A program made the translations under genes and the position numbers. Positions 41,004 through 50,345 of a DNA stretch of 64,000 nucleotides are shown in pieces. Numbering within the stretch: position 1 is the first letter of the stretch; each line of letters opens with the position of its first letter. The stretch comes from a virus, in the IMG/VR virus record IMGVR_UViG_3300032246_001270; one strand, given 5' to 3'. The notes under the pieces were generated by a model. The model made no database searches, was not told where the DNA came from, and worked only from the letters and a program-made list of their open reading frames with translations.

Positions 41004-41300
41004 TTATGCACCAGCGTATCCTGCTTCTGCCATTTGTTTAAGTCTTGCTACTGCTTGTGCAGTTGTCCAATCACCAATTGCATCGTATGTATCACCTTTC
41101 CATAATTCATACAATTTGTTATCATCAGTCATTACTGCTACAATCTTTCTAGCAGGATTATCCATAAATTTCTTAATAGTGATAACACCTCTTTTGATTT
41201 CTTGTCCATCAAATTGACGAGTTACAATTGGGTTTTCAAGTTGTACTTCAATTCCACCTTCAGGTTTTTTAGGGTCTGGGTTTGTTGTGTATTTTGCCAT
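41004..41300 (-). CDS. Small hypothetical protein, possible fibre chaperone
   Basis: Compact ORF between fibre genes; LWKGDTYDAIGDWT motif. Confidence 0.55.
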   Translation of the reverse strand: MAKYTTNPDPKKPEGGIEVQLENPIVTRQFDGQEIKRGVITIKKFMDNPARKIVAVMTDDNKLYELWKGDTYDAIGDWTTAQAVARLKQMAEAGYAGA

Positions 41301-41331
41301 CTTATTGTTATTTTATTTTTTTGTTTGTTTA

Positions 41332-43893
41332 TTAATCGTTAAATGCTTCTGCATCAGTTACCCATACTCCACCTGTCCAAATTACTTTGGTTGCGTTTTT
41401 CCAATTCCAATTAGTTCCATCGTATTTTGCAAATGGTCGTATTCCATAATAACTTCCACTATGGTTTTCTAATCCCCAATCAAGACCACTAACAACTAAT
41501 TTATTTGTCCATATATTAATATCGTAAGGAAATATTGAATGAGAGCCATCTGATTTTGCTACAAATGTAAGTTCTTGTCCTTCATAATCCCCATCAGGTA
41601 AATCGTAACTATAAGGAGTAGTTGCTCCAGTTATATCAATAGTTATAATATTTCTATTATAAAAATTAATAAGTGGACTACCATTACCACCAACACTAGC
41701 ATCCAAACTTTGAGTTGCCGTATTCATCAAATTGCTAAATCCTCTTTCAATTGTTATATTGGATAATGATGAACTGAATACCATTTCACCAAATCCATAA
41801 TCCTGCCCAATCTTAAATAATGTCAAATCAACTGATTCCGATAGAATTAAAAGTCCAAGTCCTCCTTCATTTGCTACTTCAAAATTATTCAATGATGTAT
41901 TACTACCCATCCAAATACTACTTATGTTGGAATTTATACCAATATTAGTATTTTGGAAGTAAGAACTAGTACTAGGAATTGTATAACTTGCAGTAGTATC
42001 AGCAAGAAATGTTTCTTCTTGGGATATATTATATATACTTGAACCTACTCCAGTATTAATATTTTCAAAGTAAGAATAAGAACCTAAATCAATATTATAT
42101 ATATCAGAATCTATTCCAGTATTAATATATTCAAAATATGAATTACCAGCACTTTGGTCTATTGAATAAATTTTAGAATGAATTCCTAAATTAACATATC
42201 GGAAGAATGAATTATTACCAATTAGATTACAAAAAATTGAAGATTCATCACCCATCTCAACATGTTTGAAATATCCGTTTACACCAATACCAATATAATT
42301 AATATAAGAATCAATACCCAATTTAACTCTCTTAAAACAAGCACTAACATCTGCATTTATATATTCTATGTAACTACTATTACCCAATTCAACTTGTCTA
42401 AAATCTGCATAATCATTTAACGCAATTGAAGCGATATAAGAATTAATTCCTAATTTTGAATCTTCTATATGAGACTCTTTGTATAAATTAATATCAGTAA
42501 TATTAGCATTATCTTCTAATATTAACCTCTTCATATAAGAACCATTATACATATAGATATTATTCTCATAATCATCAATGGATGTACCAGTACTTAATGT
42601 AATCTTATATAATGCAGTGTACCCTCCATTCTCATTATCATATGTGTAAATATCCGATATCCTTGCGTTTTTACCTAATGTGATTTTATTAATTATTGTA
42701 TGGTATCCTAAATTCAAACTAACCATATGTCCAGCAAAGTCGGAAGATATATTGTATATTTCAGTTTCCCTTCCCCAATAATGTGCGTTAAATCCACCAT
42801 AATCTGCAAACTTAATTTCAGAAGCATATGCATCATGTGGATAGTTTACAAATGCATCTAAATATGAATTACTAATACTAATATTTTGAGTTCCATAATG
42901 TCCCCAAGGAAAATACTTCATTGTGTTATATCCCCAATAATCTAACATTAATTTTGCATCACATCTTACCTCTACATTATTTGCTCCTTTTCTATAAGAG
43001 ATGTTATCCCATTCAAATTCGTATTCAATTATATCAGCAACTATTGTGTAGCTAATTTCATTGAAAGGAACTTTTGTCCAATCGTCATTGTTTAATGTTA
43101 GTTGTTCAAATGGCCATCCGCCTGTTGTGTATCCCAAACTACCACTTCTATTTTGCCAAACTCTACCACCCCAAATTACACAATCACCTACATTATAAGA
43201 TGCTACTTCATATGGTCCACTAATACCAGCCCAAGCATCCGTATTATCACCAACAATACTCATTGGATAGTTAGCGGGGTTTGTAAAGAAATCAGGAGAA
43301 GGAACTTCTTCATTACCTGGAGCTTCTAAGGTAATACTATTATTACCAATATTAGCTCTTAAATTAGAATATGAAGATGAACCATTTGCATATAAATTAA
43401 CATATTCTTCGTGGTCAAATACTCCAAAAGATGAACTAAACTCAAGACGAGATGTACTATCCCAAACTAAATAATTGGTATCAGGAGGTGCAGTTGGTAC
43501 ATTTGGATTTTCGTAATTAGGAACATAGAATAAACCAATACCTTTTTTAGATAGGGTCTTATCAGTTGCGGCTTGTAAGATAATAGTTGTACCACCATCT
43601 TGAATTTCATTACCATATCCAGTGTAACTAATTGAATTAGCTTCGTAGAATGATGCTGATGCTACTCCAGTTATTTTGTAGAATGTACCTGGCGTTAAAG
43701 ATGAGGATAGAACTAATTGTCCTACTTCTCCTCTTGTTACTTCTATTAGTGATAATCCGCCACCAGTTAAGTTACCTTCAAAATCTTTTGCTTTGATGGA
43801 GTTATCTGATGTATCTATAAACAAATTGAACCCACCTTCTATTGGTAAGTCTAATTCCGCGGCTACTTGCCCTTGTAATTGAATGTATTGCAT
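41332..43893 (-). CDS. Beta-solenoid fibre/spike protein
   Basis: Long run of ~11/22-aa repeats (SYFEYINTGIDSDIYNIDLGSY); C-terminal LPDGDYEGQ domain paralogous to that of 38549..40990. Confidence 0.7.
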   Translation of the reverse strand: MQYIQLQGQVAAELDLPIEGGFNLFIDTSDNSIKAKDFEGNLTGGGLSLIEVTRGEVGQLVLSSSLTPGTFYKITGVASASFYEANSISYTGYGNEIQDGGTTIILQAATDKTLSKKGIGLFYVPNYENPNVPTAPPDTNYLVWDSTSRLEFSSSFGVFDHEEYVNLYANGSSSYSNLRANIGNNSITLEAPGNEEVPSPDFFTNPANYPMSIVGDNTDAWAGISGPYEVASYNVGDCVIWGGRVWQNRSGSLGYTTGGWPFEQLTLNNDDWTKVPFNEISYTIVADIIEYEFEWDNISYRKGANNVEVRCDAKLMLDYWGYNTMKYFPWGHYGTQNISISNSYLDAFVNYPHDAYASEIKFADYGGFNAHYWGRETEIYNISSDFAGHMVSLNLGYHTIINKITLGKNARISDIYTYDNENGGYTALYKITLSTGTSIDDYENNIYMYNGSYMKRLILEDNANITDINLYKESHIEDSKLGINSYIASIALNDYADFRQVELGNSSYIEYINADVSACFKRVKLGIDSYINYIGIGVNGYFKHVEMGDESSIFCNLIGNNSFFRYVNLGIHSKIYSIDQSAGNSYFEYINTGIDSDIYNIDLGSYSYFENINTGVGSSIYNISQEETFLADTTASYTIPSTSSYFQNTNIGINSNISSIWMGSNTSLNNFEVANEGGLGLLILSESVDLTLFKIGQDYGFGEMVFSSSLSNITIERGFSNLMNTATQSLDASVGGNGSPLINFYNRNIITIDITGATTPYSYDLPDGDYEGQELTFVAKSDGSHSIFPYDINIWTNKLVVSGLDWGLENHSGSYYGIRPFAKYDGTNWNWKNATKVIWTGGVWVTDAEAFND

Positions 43894-43897
43894 ATTT

Positions 43898-46800
43898 TTA
43901 TATTATTGTTCCTGTTCCTTCTATTGATGAATTACCTATTAATATAACTTCTCCACCCACACTTATCTTACCATTGTTTTCAATAACACTATCTTTAAGT
44001 AATAGATTTCCACCTATAAATATTGAACCTTCTTTTTTGAAGTATTTGTTTGGTGCGTATTGAACATCTTCGTTAAGTATGTATGGAAGTGTAAGATGTA
44101 AACTACCACTACCACAACAACTATCATTACTATAAATTCCGATTGCTAACCAGTTATTTGCAGGTACATTGATTTGCCAAGTTCCATTTTCATATGCAGG
44201 CCCACCTAAATCATTAAGTCTATTTGCATTACTTATTTCACCAGTTGGGTCTTCCGAAACTACATCATACATTGGCCAATCATTATCTCCATCATCACTA
44301 AACCATTCGTATCCAATTGACATTGTAGTTGAAGTATCAAAGTATCTCTTTATGAAAAGCCATCCATCACCTTGATTATCGTTTGGACCATCAATTCTAT
44401 ATGTATTGTTTCCAGTTCTAGTCATAGTACCATTACCATTTACATTTACATTTGTCCAATCACCAATACTATTAGGTTCACCACCTTCAATTAGTAAAAA
44501 TCCGTTTTCTAAAATATAATCTCCTGAAAAAGTTAATTGTTCGGTTTTTCGTATTGTATAAGAATCTCTTGTGTTATTCCAATTTGTATTTGCAGGTAAA
44601 TTAAATAATCCACCACCATCTCCTAAATAAGCCGATGCTGTTATTGCTGCCGTATATTTTACAGTGTTTTGTCCACCAGCATTATTCTCAATTGAAAATG
44701 ATGAAGTTTCTTGCGTTTGAGCATCTACGAAAATAATTGAACCATGCGATATGTAAATGTCTTTCCAAGCATTTGTTGCCGAACCTAAACTGAATGATGA
44801 TGTGTAAGTTCCATCTGCGGTAGCCGGTATGATTGAACCACTAACCATCATATTAGCGTAAACATCCAATGAACCACTACGAGTTAAACTAACTAAAGCA
44901 ACATCATTAATATTTTGTGAACTGGAGGGGATTGCATTATTTAAAAGTGTAAAAAATGTAATATCAGATGTTGGGGATGCTACAATAAAATCTCCACTTA
45001 AATCATTATATAAAGATGAATTACTTCCAGATATTATAGGAAGTAATGCGATAACACCTAAATTAGTTCCATCATTAAAAGTGATTGAACCACTTAATAC
45101 TTGGTCACCATAAAAATAGTTTGAACCAGTTGTTGCTAAGTTATTTGCTCCTATTATATTATTAGAAACAATTAAATCTCCATATAAAGAATTTAATGTA
45201 ATATTTTGGGCAGTTAATGTATAAGGTGCATATCCATCCTCAGCTGCATTTAATACATCGTTTGCTATACCAAATGTAGGGTTATGACTTACTCCTATCC
45301 CAAATTTAGCTCCACTTCCACTTCCCACAAATCTAGTAATATATTCAGCCGTAGATGGGTTTGTTCCTTGTATAATTTGTGAACCTATAAAAGTATTTGA
45401 ACCAGTTGTTGCATATGTTGTTGGGACAAATGCCGTTGTTTGTATTGATGAATCTGAGAATGTTAAATTACCATTTAATATTAATGAACCAGTGACATTT
45501 AATGAACCACTTAAATTTGCATTACCATCTACGTTTAATCCAGTGTTTGGTATAGAAAAAGCCCTAATAGCACGAACATAGGTTACAAAAGATTTACTAT
45601 AAAAACTGGATTGTACTCCATTAGTGAACCATTGTACCGTTGCAAATCCTACTTCAAATGGGTACTCCGTAGAACTCCAATAGTAATCATTTGTAAAACC
45701 GCCAATTGCAACTCTATTTAGATATAATTTATTTAATTCAGTATCCGATGGTAGATACCAGTCAAAATATCCACTTGTAGTTTTATTGTTAGTTATGTTT
45801 ACTGCATTGTTCCAATTTAGAGTTGTTGCTTCATCAGCTTCTGCTGCTATTATACCTTTAATTAAAGTTGGGTTATATCCTACATCACCACTTTGTAGAA
45901 TGTATGCTACCTTACCACCTCCAAAAATATCTCCTATTGATAAGGTTGATGGTGCTGATTTAATAGTTACTGAACCACTTAATACTTGGTCACCATAAAA
46001 ATAGTTTGAACCGGTTGTTGCTAAATAAGAAAGGTCTTGCTCATTTGTTGCTTGCGAAATTCTTAAATCAAAAGATGCAGAATCCGTATAATAAGATGAT
46101 GTAAAATTAGTAAATGAACCAGTTGTTACAAAAGAACCACTATCTATTGAAAATCCAGAAGAACCTGATGTACCTGATGAACCGTCACTTCCTGATGAAC
46201 CTGAAGCTCCTGATGTTCCCGCTAAAGCCATTGGACTCCATCTTGAAGGTGTACTACTTGGAATATGATTGTCATGTCCGTTATAAATTGAGATATAAGA
46301 ACTTCCATTATAATAAACAACATCATTTAAATTGTATGATGTACCACTATTATAATCTGCTTGCCAATAGAATGAAGTTCCTGAAGAACCGCTTTCACCT
46401 GATGTTCCAGAACTTCCTGATTCTCCACTTGTTCCATTTGTTCCAGAAGTTCCTGATGTTGCACTTGTGCCAGACGTTCCCGAGGTGCCGCTTGTACCGC
46501 TTGTGCCAGATGACCCACTACTACCAGAAGCACCTCTACCTCCACTACTTCCACTACTTCCCGATGTACCACTACTACCGCTTGTGCCAGAAGTTCCTGA
46601 AGTTGCTGATGTACCACTTGTACCACTACTACCGCTTGTGCTACTGCTTCCAGAAGTTCCCGATGTACCACTACTGCCATCGGAGCCGCTTGTGCCACTA
46701 CTTCCAGAAGTTCCTGATGTACCGCTTGTGCCACGTGTACCACTACTTCCGGAAGGGCCTCTTGCTCCACTTGTACCGCTACTTCCCGAGGTACCGCTTG

Positions 46801-47044
46801 TGCCGCTTGTACCACTTGAGCCGCTTGTACCGCTTGTGCCAGATGTACCTGCCGTTCCAGATGAACCACTTGGGTCACCTCTTTCACCTTTTGGACCTTG
46901 CGGACCTGAAGAAGATATTGTGACAAACGTTTTATCCGTTTCTACTATTACAGTATCCGGCTTTGGTACATTAACTAATACGACTTCTTTACTTGTGTTA
47001 TCAGTTATTGTAATGTGATGATTGCTATCTTGATTACAACTCAT
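43898..47044 (-). CDS. Modular fibre protein: Gly-X-Y tract, CBM5/12-like module, internal DUF1566 (C-type-lectin-fold) domain
   Basis: GPQGPKGERG then ~55 GTS-type triplets; YNSGTSYNLNDVVYYNGSSY; DWYLPSDTELNKLY..YYWSSTE..VRAIRAF. Confidence 0.8.
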   Translation of the reverse strand: MSCNQDSNHHITITDNTSKEVVLVNVPKPDTVIVETDKTFVTISSSGPQGPKGERGDPSGSSGTAGTSGTSGTSGSSGTSGTSGTSGSSGTSGARGPSGSSGTRGTSGTSGTSGSSGTSGSDGSSGTSGTSGSSSTSGSSGTSGTSATSGTSGTSGSSGTSGSSGSSGGRGASGSSGSSGTSGTSGTSGTSGTSATSGTSGTNGTSGESGSSGTSGESGSSGTSFYWQADYNSGTSYNLNDVVYYNGSSYISIYNGHDNHIPSSTPSRWSPMALAGTSGASGSSGSDGSSGTSGSSGFSIDSGSFVTTGSFTNFTSSYYTDSASFDLRISQATNEQDLSYLATTGSNYFYGDQVLSGSVTIKSAPSTLSIGDIFGGGKVAYILQSGDVGYNPTLIKGIIAAEADEATTLNWNNAVNITNNKTTSGYFDWYLPSDTELNKLYLNRVAIGGFTNDYYWSSTEYPFEVGFATVQWFTNGVQSSFYSKSFVTYVRAIRAFSIPNTGLNVDGNANLSGSLNVTGSLILNGNLTFSDSSIQTTAFVPTTYATTGSNTFIGSQIIQGTNPSTAEYITRFVGSGSGAKFGIGVSHNPTFGIANDVLNAAEDGYAPYTLTAQNITLNSLYGDLIVSNNIIGANNLATTGSNYFYGDQVLSGSITFNDGTNLGVIALLPIISGSNSSLYNDLSGDFIVASPTSDITFFTLLNNAIPSSSQNINDVALVSLTRSGSLDVYANMMVSGSIIPATADGTYTSSFSLGSATNAWKDIYISHGSIIFVDAQTQETSSFSIENNAGGQNTVKYTAAITASAYLGDGGGLFNLPANTNWNNTRDSYTIRKTEQLTFSGDYILENGFLLIEGGEPNSIGDWTNVNVNGNGTMTRTGNNTYRIDGPNDNQGDGWLFIKRYFDTSTTMSIGYEWFSDDGDNDWPMYDVVSEDPTGEISNANRLNDLGGPAYENGTWQINVPANNWLAIGIYSNDSCCGSGSLHLTLPYILNEDVQYAPNKYFKKEGSIFIGGNLLLKDSVIENNGKISVGGEVILIGNSSIEGTGTII

Positions 47045-47424
47045 TATCTAGTCACATTTTTTGATAATCTTACTTTACCTTCTAATAATCGTGTAACTTC
47101 TCTACCATTTACCATTTCTAAATCATAATATGCTTCGGTAAAATTTAGTAAAGATGATGAGTATGCTGAGATGTATATTCCGACTGAGCCGCTTGAAAGA
47201 GGAGTTTCACCATTACTACCACTTAGATTTAATCCAGTACCATCCGGTTGTAATGAAGATGAAAGTGAAATATAAACATCACTTGCTTCAATGCCTGGTC
47301 TGATTTGCATTCTAGCCTGATAACCTGTTAAATCAACTGCTGAACCACTATTGTTAGTCCATTGTACATTTAAGTTTGTTGTTGCTCCTTGCTCTATTAT
47401 AAAAGAGTATTTTCCTGCTGCCAT
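47044..47424 (-). CDS. Fibre anchor/adaptor beta-sandwich protein
   Basis: IEQGAT..VDLTGYQARMQIR..YYDLEM..VTRLLEGKV pattern; stop overlaps the start of the next fibre gene (TAATG). Confidence 0.65.
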   Translation of the reverse strand: MAAGKYSFIIEQGATTNLNVQWTNNSGSAVDLTGYQARMQIRPGIEASDVYISLSSSLQPDGTGLNLSGSNGETPLSSGSVGIYISAYSSSLLNFTEAYYDLEMVNGREVTRLLEGKVRLSKNVTR

Positions 47425-47447
47425 AAGTAATTCGGTTTAATACTCTT

Positions 47448-47514
47448 ATAAATATTAAAATGTTGGAAAGGGGTAAAATAAAAAAAGGAGATAGTATTAG
47501 TATCTCCTTTTAGT
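47448..47514. repeat. Direct repeat copy A (67 bp): terminator plus promoter-like motif
   Basis: Matches 48831..48896 with 2 substitutions and 1 indel. Confidence 0.95.
47480..47511 (-). terminator. Intrinsic terminator after AlkB-like gene
   Basis: Minus-strand RNA AAAAGGAGAUA-CUAAUAC-UAUCUCC-UUUUUUU. Confidence 0.8.
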
Positions 47515-47521
47515 TTTATTT

Positions 47522-47992
47522 TTATCTAAATACCACAGATATTCTTCTATCAGTAACACGCTCTATTGAATGTTCCCAATCCGTTCTATACTCTCCAGTT
47601 AATAAAAGTGCTGACCTTTGTGGAAATTCAAAGGATATTTTCTCATCTCCTTTTCTTAAATTAAAATTGATTGGCGTTAGGATGCTAAGTATTAATGTAT
47701 CATCATCACCCAAATCAATATGGTAATCTATAAAATCGTTTGGTTTGTAAATGTTAATTGTATAATCTTTGGGTACAAATTTAAGTATGCCTAATTCAGT
47801 AAGTTTATCTGATAAATCTAAAAGATATTGCGGTACTTCTAAAGATATTAAATTATTATCATATTTTGAAATACCATAACGTAATATCTTCCTACTATAT
47901 TTTCTAGTAAGATTTGGTATATTTTGATTTAATTCAATTTCTTCTTCTACCGATATTACATCTCTATATAAGTAATCATCTAAATTAAACAT
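47522..47992 (-). CDS. AlkB-family 2-oxoglutarate/Fe(II) dioxygenase
   Basis: TINIY..IDYHID (HxD), LLTGEYRTDWEHSI (second His), RRISVVFR (2OG-binding arginines). Confidence 0.8.
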   Translation of the reverse strand: MFNLDDYLYRDVISVEEEIELNQNIPNLTRKYSRKILRYGISKYDNNLISLEVPQYLLDLSDKLTELGILKFVPKDYTINIYKPNDFIDYHIDLGDDDTLILSILTPINFNLRKGDEKISFEFPQRSALLLTGEYRTDWEHSIERVTDRRISVVFR

Positions 47993-48812
47993 AATTTATT
48001 ACTGCTCCATCACTATATGCGGTTAATTGTACTATCTCATCATTAACACCCCCACCACCACCATTAGTTTGCATTACAATAGGGAATGTTGCTATCAATC
48101 CGTTTGGTGTATCAATATTAATTGGTCCACTAAGTGCGGCTACTCCTAACAAAGTACAAAGAGGTAAGTATAATGTTATAGGTAAAGTTGCTGCATTAAA
48201 AGCAGAATAAAATGCACTAGCCCCAACCGATGTTACATTTGGTAAATACACATATTGTAATTTAGAATCAGCTGAGAATGCATTATCCGCAATTGTTGTT
48301 GCTCCCAATAATTCAACGATAGTAAGATTATCACAACCTTGGAATGCACCATATCCAACTTCTATAATTGTTCCATTATCTTGAATTTGTAAAAGGTCAT
48401 GTCCAAGTCCATTAGGAGCTTCAATATAACCAATAAATGCATAATTTTTTAATACTATATTAGAACCACCACTTAAATATATTGTATAATTTGCCTCATC
48501 TACACTAATTGATGTATAAGGATTACCGGTTTGTATTAATTTAGTATTCCAATCACTAAGACTATTATAACCATTTGTTAAAAGTAAATCAACCGTTGAA
48601 AACGTTGAAAAAACCAGTGTAAGGTCACCACTTTTTGCAGGTATAGATGTATTACCACCACCACCTATTTGATTTTGTGAATATATTAATCTGTTTTGCA
48701 ATACTTCGTTTATATACATATTATACTGACGAATTTGTTCATTAAGAGAAAGATTTCGTATTACTGGCAATGTTGTATATTCTTGCCAACTTAATTCATT
48801 TACTATAAGCAT
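47985..48812 (-). CDS. BspA-type leucine-rich-repeat protein
   Basis: VGYGAFQGCDNLTIVELL, IADNAFSADSKLQYVYLPNVTSVGASAF repeats; overlaps the AlkB-like start by 8 bp. Confidence 0.7.
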   Translation of the reverse strand: MLIVNELSWQEYTTLPVIRNLSLNEQIRQYNMYINEVLQNRLIYSQNQIGGGGNTSIPAKSGDLTLVFSTFSTVDLLLTNGYNSLSDWNTKLIQTGNPYTSISVDEANYTIYLSGGSNIVLKNYAFIGYIEAPNGLGHDLLQIQDNGTIIEVGYGAFQGCDNLTIVELLGATTIADNAFSADSKLQYVYLPNVTSVGASAFYSAFNAATLPITLYLPLCTLLGVAALSGPINIDTPNGLIATFPIVMQTNGGGGGVNDEIVQLTAYSDGAVINYV

Positions 48813-48830
48813 ACAATTATTTGTTTGATA

Positions 48831-48896
48831 ATAAATATTAAAATGTTGGAAAGGAGTAAAATAAAAAAGGAAATAGTATTAGTATCTCCTTTTAGT
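48831..48896. repeat. Direct repeat copy B (66 bp): terminator plus promoter-like motif
   Basis: Matches 47448..47514; the stem substitution gives a G-U pair in the minus-strand RNA. Confidence 0.95.
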
Positions 48897-48912
48897 GTAT
48901 TATTTAATTTAA

Positions 48913-50004
48913 TTATACAAATGGTGTCTCTGCATCCCAAACAGAACCATTATTAACTAAATGATTAAGTTTAGCTGCATCATACACAGGGTTACTAACT
49001 CCACCGCCCAACATTAATAATTTAGTTGTTGCTGTTGCTGTTAATGGTGCAGTTGGTACTACTAATGAAGAACTTGTGTAGATTGCCGAATTATCCCAAC
49101 GGAAATTTGTTAATTTACCAGCCCACCAGTTTGGAGACATTGCTAGCGGATTATCAACACCAACATTTAAGTCATAGCCAGGGTTGATTGAGTCATTAAT
49201 ATTTCTAGTATCACCAGTCTTAGTAGCTTTCAATGTTCCGTTCATATATAGTTTAGTAGTTGTACCACTTCTACATATTGCAACGTGCATCCAAGCAGTT
49301 CCATTATTATAAGATGCTGGTAATGAACCTCTTAAAGATGAACCATATGGCCATACATAAACGTATCCACCTTCAATTGAAATACCAATTGTTGCACCCG
49401 TATCAAATCCTAATGAGAATACTCTAGGTGCTCCAACTGTTTGTGTGCCATTTTTAATAAAGAATTCAATAGTGAAATCACCAGTACCTGGTAACCAACT
49501 AACTACTTCCGAATTTAATGCTGTGAAGTATTGAGATACCCCATCAAATGTTACTGCTCCAGTACCACCACCAGGAAACTCATCAACAGGCTCACCGGAT
49601 TTAGTAACAAACCCTCTTAAATAATCAATATCCCAAATATTTGTTGTTACAGCTGCTGCTGTATTCAACATATTATTGTGATTAAAATTTGAATTGAACC
49701 AAGCCGTTGTTGCTTGATAAGTAGGAGTTGTTAAATTATATGCAAAATTAGCTTGAGTTTTAGAAGGGTATTTAGCCATACTAGCCGAATTTGCAGATAC
49801 GGCTCCAAATGCTGCTGGGGTTGGCGTTACACTACTTAAAGTAGTTGTTGTTTGATAAGTAAAATTAGATGAACTTATAGGTCCAGTTGCTGCTGAATTA
49901 ACTACAGTTGGTGCAGTTGCTATTGATGATGTCACTTTACCATCCATAATAGCATTAATAGTTACCTCAGATACAGTACCATTATTGTTATAATATAAAG
50001 CCAT
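48913..50004 (-). CDS. Virion protein with C-terminal LamG/concanavalin-A-like domain
   Basis: GTGDFTIEFF..WMHVAICRSGTTTKLYMNG..GKLTNFR..PTAPLT..TKLL. Confidence 0.75.
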   Translation of the reverse strand: MALYYNNNGTVSEVTINAIMDGKVTSSIATAPTVVNSAATGPISSSNFTYQTTTTLSSVTPTPAAFGAVSANSASMAKYPSKTQANFAYNLTTPTYQATTAWFNSNFNHNNMLNTAAAVTTNIWDIDYLRGFVTKSGEPVDEFPGGGTGAVTFDGVSQYFTALNSEVVSWLPGTGDFTIEFFIKNGTQTVGAPRVFSLGFDTGATIGISIEGGYVYVWPYGSSLRGSLPASYNNGTAWMHVAICRSGTTTKLYMNGTLKATKTGDTRNINDSINPGYDLNVGVDNPLAMSPNWWAGKLTNFRWDNSAIYTSSSLVVPTAPLTATATTKLLMLGGGVSNPVYDAAKLNHLVNNGSVWDAETPFV

Positions 50005-50013
50005 TTTATATTT

Positions 50014-50283
50014 TTATTTAAAATTATTTTTATTAGTTGCTGGATACTTTGCTTCAAATGCTGCATTTGCTGAAATAGCGTTTGAAGATTTTGGATTTTT
50101 CGTTACCGCTGGTTTATAAGTTTGATTACTATATGCAAAATTTGCAGTTACAGTTGGTAAAGGAGCAACATATGTAGTTACACTTTTATTTTTTGTATTA
50201 ATATCAATTGATACTGCTGGAGTTGTTGTTAATCCTTTTGTATCACCCGTATTATTTCGTATATCAGTTAATTTTTTTGCCAT
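50014..50283 (-). CDS. Small hypothetical structural protein
   Basis: Shares RNNTGDT..ID(V/I)N(S/T)K with 50346..51239, and ANFAY and SAN..AKYP with 48913..50004. Confidence 0.65.
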   Translation of the reverse strand: MAKKLTDIRNNTGDTKGLTTTPAVSIDINTKNKSVTTYVAPLPTVTANFAYSNQTYKPAVTKNPKSSNAISANAAFEAKYPATNKNNFK

Positions 50284-50345
50284 TGTATTTAAAATTAATT
50301 ATTTTTATTATATTGTCCGTTTTAATATATATTTTGTGAAAGTTA

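Noticed and set aside
45557-45685. A complete diversity-generating retroelement
   Set aside because: No template repeat, reverse transcriptase or accessory gene seen in this window; only the target-like domain is reported.
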